A stretch of 64,000 nt of DNA. Origin: Octopus sinensis (Eukaryota). Below, piece by piece: positions 25,948 through 38,456 of the stretch (positions are counted from its first letter, which is position 1; each line of letters opens with the position of its first letter). Below the pieces are notes generated by a model, which saw nothing but the letters and a program-made list of their open reading frames with translations, did no database searches and was not told the origin of the DNA. Location of the stretch: positions 10,850,001-10,914,000 of the forward strand of contig NC_043009.1 of NCBI RefSeq assembly GCF_006345805.1, read 5' to 3'. Made by a program: the position numbers and the translations under genes.

Positions 25948-26424
25948 TAGAAACTGAGTTAGACCTTTGAGGGTGTGGTGTGTGTAGCTTCACGTATCAA
26001 TGACATTATTTGAGATGCAATTTCGGAACTGTGCTTTTGTAGCATAAACATTGTTATTGTTTCTTTAGGGAGCCATCATTTGGATACAAAATGTCTGACG
26101 CACTTCCGGATGAAGAGACATATGAATTGCGACGGTGTTTTGGCACTACTATATACGCATGAGCATTCAAAGAAGGATCGCCAGACATTGTGACGCTTAA
26201 CATTCGTTCATGATTACAATAGATGAGATATACGTCCGTTTAGATTATAACGGCTGTGATAAGATCTTTGTGTTTTTAAAAGTACCAGATTATCTTGTTT
26301 TAGTAAATGCGGTTCTTTCCACTGTGAAGCAAACATTTAGAAGCATCTGATACAAAACAGTATTCTTACAAAAATGATATGCTATACATAAATCATGAAT
26401 TAGGTTGTCAGATACACAGACAAA

Positions 26425-26456
<32 letters not shown>

Positions 26457-26788
26457 ACACACACACACACATATGCATAAGAAGCACTGACGCATATTTC
26501 TGGCTGTGGTTGATGTAGTGAATAACGAACAGCTTTTTTTTACTAAATAGATAAATCTCAGTAGAAAGTAAAGTGTAACCTTGTGACATCTTGAGCTTCT
26601 TTCAAAAAGAAAACTTTCAATAATTTCATGGTATTTTAAAAATTAATTTCACAGAAAATGATATTTTCAATGTTAGGAAAAAAATTTATCATTGTTAATA
26701 GGAGAAGTAACGGTAGGAACATGTTTCTGTCTTATTTGATCCCATTAGTGTACGTTAGCCTAATAATGTATGATGCATACATGTACAT

Positions 26789-26824
<36 letters not shown>

Positions 26825-26827
26825 GTA

Positions 26828-26858
<31 letters not shown>

Positions 26859-27422
26859 TTGTGTGTAGTCTCAGTCTAAGAGCGAACTCACAATCTTTAA
26901 TACTGGTATAGGCTTCAAGCCTTATATCATTTATGTCACTGTAACCAAGACATAGAATAATAGAAACTTAATATAGAAGCATAAAAAAAGTGACTAATAG
27001 TGTAATAAAAACATAGAAGATGCATGATAGCATTATGTTACTGGTTTGTCATGTGTCTCAATGTACGGTCAGAAATTTAGCTGTTTCAATGAGAACATAT
27101 CGCGTGCAAGCAATCTATTTTCGAAATACAAAAATCTGGTACAATCAAGGTTGTACGTAGACTTCTTTGATACACGCATACACACACAACACACACGCGG
27201 GCACACACACACACACACACCACACACACACACACACCACACACACACACACACACACAGGCACACACACAGAATACTCTCTCTCTCTCTCTCTCTCTCT
27301 CCCTCTTTTTCTCCCGCTGTTTCTGCAACATTAACCTAAACGCTTATTCCAAATGTAACTCTCCCGAAAAACATCTAACAGTAATACTCTCATATAGTAT
27401 GTTTTATCTTCAACTATATTTC

Positions 27423-27605
27423 TGTTTCTTTATTACCCACAAGGGGCTAAATAAAGAGGGGACAAACAAGGACAGACGAACGGATTAAGTCGATTACATC
27501 GACCCCAGTGCGTAACTGGTACTTATTTAATCTACCCCGAAAAGATGAAGAGCAAAGTCGACCTCGTCGGAATTTGAACTCAGAACGTAGCAACAGACGA
27601 AATCC
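27423..27605 (-). mobile_element. 5'-truncated SINE family B with 16-bp TSD
   Basis: TSD tcttc(a/g)actatatttc at 27407-27422 and 27606-27621; truncation near the internal gtatttcg site. Confidence 0.88.
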
Positions 27606-28354
27606 TCTTCGACTATATTTCCATCAAACCTTCAGATTATAAATAAGAGTGGACAAACAAAAGAAGTAGGCACTCAACACAATTGGTGAGAGTTATCTCG
27701 CTTGACAAGCTAAGTTCTTGTGACGAGCTTACGAAACCTTAAGTTTCACGAGGCCGAATCTCAGATCAATAATTTCTAAGTATATCTTCCTCTTCGGACA
27801 AACTAAAATTATAATAAGAAACGCAGAAACATTTCTGAGTCAAATTTTATTCACTTGACGATAGTGTAATGTTAGTACTTGGCTCTTCATCTCTCACATT
27901 TTTCATCTAAAAAAAAAAAAAATAAAAAATAAAAATAAATGGCTGCAAGCGATTAGTTCAATAGTTTGGACATTTATGTGCTCTCTCCGTATTTCTCTGT
28001 GAATCTTATCAGCTTGCCGTTGTCTGTCTTTCGTGCTTTCTCTCTAGCTTTCTCCTCGTTAAGTCTCAGATTTTAAGACGAGATACCAAACAAGAAGCTT
28101 ATATTTGAATTTGTTTATTTCTTTTAATACATTTTTAGTTTATTGTTGATGCTGGTATAAATAATTTCAGCAGCAGAGCGATTGTAGGGGATGGGGGTTG
28201 TTCCAGAAAGCGGTTTTAATTTGTTTGAATCCGACAATAATCGGTGAATAATAGCAACATTATACTTCCATTGTTGTCTCTGGCGGATTGTTTAGCTATC
28301 TTGAACTGTGACAAGTTTTCTCGATGGGAACAGATATATAGTAATAGATATTAG

Positions 28355-28515
28355 TCGTAGGAGTGGCTGTGTGGTACGTAGCTTGCTTATCAACCACATG
28401 GTTCCGGGTTCAGTCCCACTGCGCGGCACCTAGGGCAAGTGTATTCTACTATAGCCTCGGGCCGACCAAAGCTTTGTGAGTGGATTTGGTAGACGGAAAC
28501 TGAAAGAAGCCCGTC

Positions 28516-28546
<31 letters not shown>

Positions 28547-28757
28547 CGTATGTGTGTGTATATGTGTTTGGCCCCCCAACATTGCTTGACAACCGATGCT
28601 GGTGTGTTTACGTCCTCGTAACTTAGCGGTTCGGCAAAAGAGACCGATAGAATAAGTACTAGGCTTACAACGAATAAGTTCTGGGTTCGATTTGCTCGAC
28701 TAAAGGCGGTACTCCAACATGGCCACGGTCAAATGACTGAAACAAGTAAAAGGGTAA
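28355..28757 (+). mobile_element. SINE family A
   Basis: Matches the family A consensus. Confidence 0.92.
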
Positions 28758-28949
28758 ACTAAAATTTAAATCCGTATATAATGGTAATCGTGGCAGCAGC
28801 TCTTCCAATTGAACCAAAGAACCTATGCTCCCATTGTTTATTTTTTTCTTCTTGCGTTGCTAGTAATACCTATCTGTCGTAATTCCTACCAGACATATCA
28901 CCGTTTTTTCGGTGACGGGGCGGGATAAGAACTCAGAATGAGCAGAGCC

Positions 28950-29830
28950 AGAACAGATACGACAATGAATCCCTTTCAACATTCTACTAATTCTGGCAAT
29001 CCTCTGCCCTAGATAGGTACTTTTTATCGACTTCAAAAAGTAAAGTTTACCTACCTGGAATTCGAACTCAAATCCCAAAATGTCGGAACAATTACTGCGT
29101 GACATTTTTTCTAACACACTAAAGACTCCAGCAATTCGCTACACATATAATATAGTTCGAACTTAGGTTAAACGACAGCTACTTTAAAGGTAGGGACTTG
29201 TCGATATCATCAAACCCAGTACTAAGCAGGTAGTATATTTCGTCGACTTCGAGGGATCAAAGGTAAGGTTAACCATGGCGCGATTTGATCTCAGCATATA
29301 AGGAGCTGACAGAGGTACCATCAAGAAATTTTCCGTTCTTCTAACTATTCTACTGCCTATAGAATGATCTGAGCTATATTTTCAATTGTTTTGTATTTCT
29401 TATATGTTATTGCAAACACTTGGCTAATTAGATTGAGATTGGTGAAGCAATTACAGGCTATTGAAGGAGGTTAAGAGTTTAAAACATTCCAATCTTCCTC
29501 TCCGCACCGATGTGGTTAATATTTCCTTTGAAACGTCGTAATATTTCCTTTGAAACGCTGCAAAGAAATCGTTAGATGAGAGAAAAATCTGGAAAGCTGA
29601 CTTTCTGTGGAGGTTTGGTTAGAACTTGTTAGTGGAGAAGGTAAAACAATATTAGTAGTTTCAAATTTTGGCACAAGGCCAGCAAGTTTTGGAGGAAGAA
29701 ATAAATCGATCATATCGATCCCAATGCTCCACTGGTCACATATTTTATCGATTGCGAAAGGATGAAAGTCAAAGGAATTTGAACTGAGAACGTAAGCACG
29801 GAAGAAATGCTGCTAAGCATTTCGTCCGGC
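28950..29830 (-). mobile_element. Cluster of old diverged family B-like fragments
   Basis: Recurring tatcga...aaggtaa...gaactc...gtaa remnants at about 28950-29130, 29170-29370 and 29650-29830. Confidence 0.55.
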
Positions 29831-29964
29831 AAGAAACGAATATATCTGTGTGTATGTATATATAACGAACGAAGCGTTATATATATATATGTATATATAA
29901 CGAACGAAGCGCTAATAAAGGATTATCCAAAATACTGACTGCCTTCTTAATCTCAATATACAAT

Positions 29965-30070
29965 ATCTGTTTGGTAAGAAGCTTGCTTCCCAGCGATACG
30001 GTTCCGGGTTCAGTCCCAGTGCGTGTCACCTTAAGCAAGTGCCTTCTACTATAGCCACGAGCTGACCAAA
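29965..30070 (+). mobile_element. SINE family A 5' fragment
   Basis: tggtaagaagcttgcttccc...ggttccgggttcagtccc...ctactatagcc. Confidence 0.75.
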
Positions 30071-30138
30071 TATTTCTTTCCAATTTATAATTAAAATCAT
30101 GCAATCATGCACACAAGCGCATACACACACACACACAG

Positions 30139-30175
<37 letters not shown>

Positions 30176-32002
30176 CGTGTGTGTGTGTGTATGTATGCGC
30201 TTCGGTGCGTGATTCTGTGACTTTAAATTATAGATTGGAAATAAATATTTTGCATATAGACAGACAGATAACCAGTTTGTTAGATAGGTAGAAAGATAGA
30301 TATAAATCATAATGGACTCTAGAAATTATATCATTCACCAAAGAAAACCCCAATTTTGGATATAGAAAAATTGTAAACAGTAAGAAATTAGATTAGCAGT
30401 TTCCTGAGATTTCGTCCTATATCTCCCTGCGATAATATTGATTTCTCACTTGGTATAATACAAAAACTCATAGAGACAGTAAAATCAATTAAATCACCTT
30501 TGGTCAAGCGCAGTTATTTTATCAATACTTCTTGAACGAAAGAGAAAATCTACCCTGGTGGCAAGTGATGTAGAAGCGGAAGACGTATGAAATTAACACC
30601 AGTCAGATGTATGGACGTCTGATGTTAAATAATTTTTTTCCATATAAATTTAAATATCACTGACTTGCGTCACGTGTACGCTGTTGTTGATTATCAATGC
30701 CATGATGGAAACTATGCATTTCTTGAGGAACTTTTGCATTCTTGAAATCAGGTCACTTGTGAAAAACATCCCAGCAATTATCATTTTCAAATTAGTTGGA
30801 GGAAAAAGTGTTTTATAAAAAATATTTTTAGCATCTACTCTTGTCGAATGTCCGTACGTTTAGTTACATTTTCTAAACTTAGAAGTTATCTGTTGTCACT
30901 AAATATTATATGAAATATGCCCATTTGTGCAATTTGAATTAATTCCAAATTTTGTCTTTGATATTACAAACCGAAATCTAAAACAGAGTTCCATAAATCG
31001 CTCTTCCCATTCGAATTCACAAATGACTGTTCCATATAATGTGTTCAATTATTTGTGTTCAATTAATCTTTAGTAGTTGGCTAAACTGGGACAAACCCGA
31101 TCTTACTGTGGCAAATATTTGGGATATATTCCACATGCCAGCATAAAATCCATTCATTTATGACACCTCACGATTTACTGCAATTTATCATAATTGTTGC
31201 ATGTCAATGTGACGATAACTCAACTCAATAATTCCTTTCAATACTTATTTCCAAATGCAATTTTCTGAGCTAATATGATTACCGGTTATTGATCTATTAA
31301 AGAAGTAAATGTGTATCGGAAGCGAATCAAACAATCATCGATATCTTGTTCTAATTAATAATAATGTAATTATCAAATATAGATGAAAAAAAAAAGCTAA
31401 TTTCTTCAGTGAAAATAATTCACAATTAAGAGGAGTGGCTTATTTTGATGAAGTAATATCGACACTTTATTGGTGAGGAATTTCGTTTTTATTAAGACTT
31501 CAGGCAATTCTTCGGAAATTGGATAAATAAAATAAGACAAATAATTGCTGAATTTTATGAGGTTTGGCAGATAATTATTGATAGCACTGGAGTTTTTGCA
31601 TATCCATTATCATGCATACTTCAACATTTGATAATATAGCATCATATCATTGTATGATATGAATTTTATAGCTTTAATTTATTTGGCTTCTTTCTCAATT
31701 TCCATTTCTCATTCTTTCTACATAAAACAAACGAATGATTAATAAAAGCGCATTGACATACATACGACCACACATATACACACATTCAACACAATCGTAT
31801 AAAGGCAAATACGTAAATAAATGCTTATGTACGCTTATGTACTCATTATTGTGAGTAGCATGTAAGCCTGTGCATGTGTAATCAGTTACACACAAACGCA
31901 TGCACCCACGCACAGGCACACACTCACACATGCACGTACGCATACATAGTCACACATATTTTTATATAGATGAATGGTAATATATATATATATATATACA
32001 TA

Positions 32003-32176
32003 GGCGCAGGCGTGGATGTGTGGTAAGAAGCTTGCTTCCGAACCACATGGTTACGGGTTCGGTCCCACTGCGTGGCAGCTTGGGCAAGTGTCTTCTAATA
32101 TAGCTTCGAACTGACCAAAGCCTTGTAAGTGGATTTGGTAGACGGAAGCTGAAAGGAACCCTTCGTATATATATAT

Positions 32177-32207
<31 letters not shown>

Positions 32208-32412
32208 GTATGTATGTGTGTGTGTGTGTCTTTCTGTCTATATTTGTCCTCCCATCACCGCTTGACAATGTAGCAGTTCAGCAATACAAATCGATAGAAT
32301 AAGTACTTGGCTGAAAGTAAGTCGTAGGGTCGATTTGTTCGACTAAAACCCCTCAAGGCGGTGATGTAGTATGTCTGAAGTAAAATAACTAAAACAAGTA
32401 AAAGAATAAAAG
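32003..32412 (+). mobile_element. SINE family A
   Basis: Head to tail recognisable, moderately diverged. Confidence 0.88.
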
Positions 32413-32444
<32 letters not shown>

Positions 32445-32450
<6 letters not shown>

Positions 32451-32904
32451 ATGGAAGAAATGGAGTTGAACGAAGATTGTACAGAATTCCTTTTATTACA
32501 TTCTACACATGTTTCAAAGGCCACAAATTTCCAAATTCTTATTAAATAAGGGTACCATATTGTGGCTTTCTCTTCAGGAAAAAACAGGAATTCCGTTGAC
32601 AGAACACAACAAAACAGAGGCGCAGCAACGCAATTCGAACGAGGACGCTCCTTAAGAGCCCATGGCTGAACCCATGAGTTCAGCCATGGGCTCTTAAGGA
32701 GCGTCCTCGTTCGAATTGCGTTGCTGCGCCTCTGTTTTGTTTTGTTCTGTCAACGGAATTCCTGTTTTTTCCTGAAGAGAAAGCCACAATATGGTACCCT
32801 TATTTAAAAAGAATTTGGAAATTTGTGGCCTTTGAAACATGTGTAGAATGTAATAAAAGGAATTCTGTAGAATCTTCGTTCAACTCCATTTCTTCCATTC
32901 ACTA
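32445..32904. mobile_element. 460-bp near-perfect palindrome (about 227-bp arms, 6-nt loop), TA at both ends, carrying a hammerhead-like core
   Basis: tagtgaatggaagaaatggag... pairs with ...ctccatttcttccattcacta; centre gctgaac-ccatga-gttcagc; only a handful of mismatches; CTGAAGA-G-stem-GAAACATGT at 32772-32842. Confidence 0.93.
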
Positions 32905-33081
32905 ATAATATTAAACTTCAATTATCCGCACCAACGCGCGGTTGCAACACCAAATGGTCTTATCTCCAACCGTGCTTTTTTCTGCTGTGATTTTTGCTAC
33001 CCAGGTATCGGTTAAACTTTTGAATAATCTGTAACAAGAAAATTCATCTTTCTATTTCAACAAATATATATATATATATAT

Positions 33082-33434
33082 AAACATGATGCGAAGGATT
33101 CAGCGGTACATATGTTTCGGGCCTTTATTAGACATATTTATAACAATGCATAATGTATGTCTGTGGCCTTCTTCAGACATACATTATGAATTGAAGCGTC
33201 CATCTCTTTCTTAAGAAAGAGATGGACGCTTCAATTCTATGCTGCTGCGGCATTATGTCGTACGCGAATGAGAGGATTTGCATCCCCAACCAAGAATTTT
33301 TGATGTAACACATGTCCTTGTGGAAGCTGTTGTGCGCGGCTGAAGAAGGCCACAGACATACATTATGCATTGTTATAAATCTGTCTAATAAAGGCCCGAA
33401 ACATATGTACCGCTGAATCCTTCGCATCATGTTT
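33082..33434. mobile_element. Fold-back element: 95-bp arms plus an internal perfect 50-bp palindrome
   Basis: Arms 33082-33176 and 33340-33434 (1 mismatch); perfect palindrome 33188-33237 centred on TTAA; (TA)n immediately to the left. Confidence 0.93.
33336..33413 (+). ncRNA. Putative type-I hammerhead ribozyme (Penelope-associated type)
   Basis: GCGG-CTGAAGA-A-GGCC...long interrupted stem II...GGCCC-GAAAC-atat-GTA-CCGC: canonical core, 4-bp stem I, GUA triplet at 33407-33409. Confidence 0.7.
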
Positions 33435-34279
33435 TTATTTTATTTTGATCAATTTACTCCACCACCTACACCACCAAACGGTATACACAGGTGCTTATAA
33501 TTATCAAGTACTCACCCCGAATTTCTATATATATAGAATTTTTGTGTAAATTTTTATTCTTATATATATATATATATTAGGGTGGGGTTGAAATTATATA
33601 TTCTGATTCCACATTTTGCTTTGTGTTCATTTTGGTGTGAGAAATAAATTAGCAAGTTTTAAAAAAGTATTCGACCTGCCCCACGCATAGCCACCCCACT
33701 AATTCTACGTTTTGAATACTGTAAAGGCAAGGAGACTGTAAACTTATTTTGTTTTTGGTTAAATATTACCTATATAACATTTTATAAATTATATGCAACC
33801 CCTCACCACCACCTGAAATAAATCAGTTTTTGTAATTTATATTTATTTATATAGTTTGCAGAAATTTTGTTTTATAAAAAGTAGCCTATATCCAGAAAAA
33901 ATGTCAATTCTTAATGTCTTATGACATGCAATAAAAAAAAAACTATGCACGAACCTCAAACGAAATACATGAATAGTGAACACCATAAAATATGCATTAA
34001 TAGTATATACTATTTAATTAAATGACCATTGGCTTTTCCAGTCAAAGTGGAGTAAAATTTGTCTTGATTTCTGCACATTTAATATGAATCTTTGTCTATT
34101 TTCGTAGCCTATTCTAGCTTCAGTTGTTTTGTCACTAACTTGATAGTATGGCAGTCAGAGCTTTTTATTTGTTTGTCATAACAAGTACAGGTATATATAT
34201 ATGAAGCATTTCATTGAACTCCTCTAATTTCTTATCAAAGCTATCTCCTCTGAGCTTGATAGGTATTTTGTTTAATTTA

Positions 34280-34510
34280 AGGCGGCGAGCTGGCAGAAAC
34301 GTTAGCACGTCGGGCGAAATGCGTAGCCGTATTTCGTCTGCCGCTACGTTCTGGGTTCAAATTCCGTCGAGGTCGACTTTGCCTTTCATCCTTTCGTGGT
34401 CGATTAAATAAGTACCAGTTACGCACTGGGGTTGATATAATCGACTTAATCCGTTTATCTGTCCTTGTTCGTCCCCTCTGTCTTTAGCCCCTTGTGGGTA
34501 GTAAAGAAAT
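34280..34510 (+). mobile_element. SINE family B, full length, with perfect 21-bp TSD
   Basis: ataggtattttgtttaattta at 34259-34279 and 34509-34529. Confidence 0.95.
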
Positions 34511-35279
34511 AGGTATTTTGTTTAATTTATAAGCAAACTCAATGAATCTCTCAATTTTTAGAGCTATTCCCTCAAACCCATTATAAGGAAAAGAAATTTG
34601 CCCCATGTTGTTTGCATATCTGTAGCAACAATCTGGTTGCATTGCTTCGCTGTGGGAGAAGTTTTCGATATCTATTCTTCACGTTTTCTTAGGTATACTT
34701 AATGGTGGAATACATCAGACTTTGATGAAGTCATTGCTGTAGGAAATTCCGCAGGAAATCCATATGCTGAATTACGGCTTTTACTTCTAGTTGGCATTAT
34801 ATAATTTTAAATATATAAATTATAACAGCTTAAACTTATGTAGGTATTTTTGTAAAACTATAATAAAATTCAGCTCTGAAATAATCTAAAAAACAGAAAA
34901 TCATTTAACAAATGTATTCATTTTCTAAAAACATAATTCATTTAACGCATATTGAAAATTTGTAATTTTACCATGTTGGAGGGGTAACTACCAACCAATT
35001 GGCTTATATCTCAGTGTCTTTGCTATTTTTTGTCATCAGATATTTTAAACAAGGTTTCTACATTCAAATATGATCGAATGTTTCATACCCATAAGCAATT
35101 TAGTATACATGTATCAGAGATTATATGATTAATGTAGAAAATTACAGTATTTTTTTTTTGGGGGGGGGGGTTACGCGATGGGTACGAGGGGCGGTCATCT
35201 AATTTTCAGTTATCTTATTTCTAATACAATTGTTTGCATACCGTAGAGTTACGGTTCCTTAAAAATGGTTGTTTTGACC

Positions 35280-35324
<45 letters not shown>

Positions 35325-35539
35325 CATATGTGTGTGTGTATTTATGTATGTATATATGTATTCTATAAAAGATCGTGGGTAAGGTCAAAACAATATGAAG
35401 TAAATGCAAAGAAAATCACAAGAAAACAAATACTTGAATTATCGGGGTTATGATCCCATTTTTCAAGAAATTGACGAATGTTGCCGATGTGCGTGTGTGT
35501 GAGCGTGTGTGGAGTAGACGTGCACGGAAGGGTGTTGCT

Positions 35540-35832
35540 ATAGCAACAAACTAACTTCCTGTAACTCCCTTCCATTGTTGATCTTGGGTTTCTTTTGCTG
35601 TATGAGGATGGGCTCAGACGTTCTAAGTTTGCCCCTGTTCCACTGTGTTGCCTTGCTGTGCACTGAATTCCCGGGTCTGGCATTTCCGTAGATGTTTCTT
35701 CATGGAAGTGTCTGTTTGCATGTGTTCCTTAATGCGTGCTTGGAGTTTACTTGTGCTTCCGATGTAGGAGGCGTCACATTTACCACAGATGATTTCATAT
35801 ACGACATAGGTCCTCTCGCACAATTCAGGTGC
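35540..35832 (-). pseudogene. Penelope-like element GIY-YIG endonuclease remnant
   Basis: VVYEIICGKCDASYIGST...RIKEH...KKHL and, after a frameshift, KLRTSEPILIQQKKPKINN, the PLE GIY-YIG pattern (VVY-x-I-x-CxxC...YIG.T..R..EH...H...E..I....P.IN). The 5' side is lost at a (CATA)n tract. Confidence 0.88.
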
Positions 35833-35844
35833 AGTGTATATACA

Positions 35845-35944
35845 AACATACATACATACATACATACATACATACATACATACATACATACATACATACA
35901 TACATACATACATACATACATACATACATACATACATACATACA

Positions 35945-35975
<31 letters not shown>
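35845..35975. repeat. (CATA)n microsatellite
   Basis: Direct inspection. Confidence 0.98.
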
Positions 35976-36265
35976 GTATATATGCTTCTGTGTATGTGTG
36001 TGTGTGTAAGCTTCCTTCTTTAAATCTCATATCAATAAACATGTTTTGATTAGTTAGGTTAGTTCTTTAGTTTGTTAGAGACTAGACTTCGTCTGTCACT
36101 GTACGTTTCAATATACCATGTTTTTCTTAACGAGGCGGAAACATTACATCTGAAATACCGAACCTGTTCATGTCTTTATTTATATGCCTTTCTAAGGCTG
36201 ACTGGCACTATGCAATCCGAAACAAATTTCATTTCCCTACCTTGATGTATTTCACATCGTGTTAA

Positions 36266-36850
36266 AGGTGGCGAGCTGACAAAAACGTTAGCACGCCGGG
36301 TGAAATGCTTAGCGGTAGTTCGTCTGCGGTTACGTTCTGAGTTCAAATTCCGCCGATGTCGACTTTGCCTTTCATCCTTTCGGGGTCGATAAATTAAGTA
36401 CTAGTTACGCACTGGGCTCGATATAATCGACTTAATCCGTTTGTCTGTCCTCGTTTGACTCCTCTGTGTTTAGCCCCCTGTGGATGGTAAAGAAATAGGT
36501 ATTATGTTCTGAGTTCAAATTCAGCCGAGGTCGAATTTGCCTTTCATCCTTTCGGTTCGATAAATTAATTAGCAATTGCGTACTAGGGTCGGTCTACTCG
36601 ACTGGCCCCATTCCCAAAATTTCGGGCCTTGTGCCTACAGTAAAAAAAGAATCATTAGTTCGCTGGGTAAATTACTTGGCGATATTTCATCAGTCTTCGC
36701 GTTCTGAGTTGAAATTCCGGCGAGGTCCACTTTGCCCGTTATCCTTCCGAAGTCAATAACAAAAGTACCATTTGAGTACTGGAGTCGATGTAATTGGTTA
36801 AGCTCCTTTCCTCGAAATTTTTGGCCTTGTGCCCAAAATTTGAAACTAAT
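36266..36850 (+). mobile_element. Stack of three family B/B-variant SINE units
   Basis: A full copy to about 36500 is joined via aaataggtatt to a truncated variant, then a third diverged unit with a ggccttgtgcccaaaatttgaaac tail. Confidence 0.8.
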
Positions 36851-36908
36851 ATTATATATCGCAGTCAGGCTACATTGTTTCGTTTTCGTACAAAATATGA
36901 TGGATGTA

Positions 36909-37290
36909 AAAGGTGTGGCTGTGGGCTAAAAAGCTTGCTTTCCCACCACTTGGTTCCGGATTCATCCCCACTGCATGGCACAGTGAGCAAGTGTCTTTTA
37001 CTATAGCCTCAGGTCGACCAAAGCCTTGTGAGTGGATTTGGTAGACGGAAACAGAAAGAAGCGCAGCATGTATATATATATATATATGTGTGTGTGTGGT
37101 GTATTCATGTGTGCGAGTGTATGTCTGCATGTGTCTATATATATATATATATTTGTGTGTGTGTGTGCGTGTGTGTGTGTGTGTGTGAGTGTATGCATGT
37201 ATTATTTATGTGCGTTTCTTTGTATCTGTGTTGGTCTCCCAACCATCACTTGACAACCAATGCTGGTGTGTTTATATCCCCGTAAGTCTA
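36909..37290 (+). mobile_element. SINE family A, 3'-truncated
   Basis: Head, CORE-like segment and internal microsatellite; ends at tatatccccgtaa. Confidence 0.85.
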
Positions 37291-37914
37291 CGTTTTGCCT
37301 ACGTGCGAGCTTGTGTGCGTTCGAGTGTGTATGTGTATGTGTGTGTGTGTGAGTGTGTGTGAGTGGGTATTTGTGCGTATATTTTGCGTTTTTCAAAGAG
37401 ATAATTGGGTAACGCCGTGGTAGGATGGTGAGAGGGGGTGTTATGATAAGAGGAGGAATGAACAGGTAGAAGGAAGTGATACTGGAAAAGTTAGCAATCA
37501 ATGATGAGGAAGCCAAAAGCTAAGAATGAAAGATGGCAGAATTGCACAATGAAGAATTTACGATGAAAATTATAGAAAATGACAAAACGAAAAATTTTTT
37601 AAATTAAAAAATACCTCATACAGAAATATAAATCTTATTTATTTATTCTATTTCTCTAGCTTAACCAAAAGTACCTTTTTATGTTGAATGTTTCGCTTCT
37701 TTTCCATTTCTCTGTCTCATTTCTGAACAGTCAGCTTATCATCATAATTTATATCCAGTTAATGTTGAATATATTCTCTTCTGTATTCTTTTATTATTAT
37801 ACTTAAATCTCCTTTTTCGTTTCGTCGTTGTTTGATTTCGAATTTTGAACTCAACCTTTTCCCTCTGCAATTTTCAGGTATCCTTTCCTTTTACACATGT
37901 TGTTTAGTGATGCA

Positions 37915-38180
37915 AATGTTGTTGTTTGTTCCTTCTCGAGCCATGCCTGGCTCATTAGGGCCGGTTTCCCGGTTTCTTGGCGTATAGGTTCCCCACCAGA
38001 ACGGTACGCCGATCCATCGCAGGTGAGAGCCAGCAGAAGTTCGCCATTACCTTCTGTCGAAGCCGCGTGGAGCTTAGGTGTTTCGCTCATAAACACACAC
38101 ATCGTCCGGTCTGAGATTCGAACCCCCCGATCCCTCGACCGCGAGTCCGCTGCTCTAACCACTAGGCCATGTGCCTCCAC
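37915..38180 (-). mobile_element. SINE family C subfamily with a gcgatgga...gaaaccgggaaacc (V-domain-like) tail
   Basis: Shares head and tail with 58718-59022. Confidence 0.85.
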
Positions 38181-38456
38181 TGATGCAAATGTGAACAAAC
38201 ACAAATGTTCACAAAATAAGAGACCCTCAATGCAGTACATGACACAATTACGAAATCCTGTCGTATCATAGTGTCACTATGTCACAATACTTACAGAATG
38301 TCATATTCACTACAATATGAAGTAAACGTCAATCATGAAATACTTATTTCTCTCCTATTCTCTGCTTCCTTCCACGTGATGCCTATTTATTGATACATTT
38401 TGACAAAGTGAACATTCTGCGAATTGAATATATTGGCTACTTACATAATGCAATAA

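Noticed and set aside
27714-27750. TGACGAGCTTACGAAAC hammerhead-like string
   Set aside because: Position 3 is G with G8 (no pair), stem II is 1 bp and no stem I forms.
29517-29912. Short tandem duplications (22 bp at 29517-29557, about 35-bp period at 29855-29912; also 21 bp near 25335-25380)
   Set aside because: Ordinary slippage duplications with two copies only.
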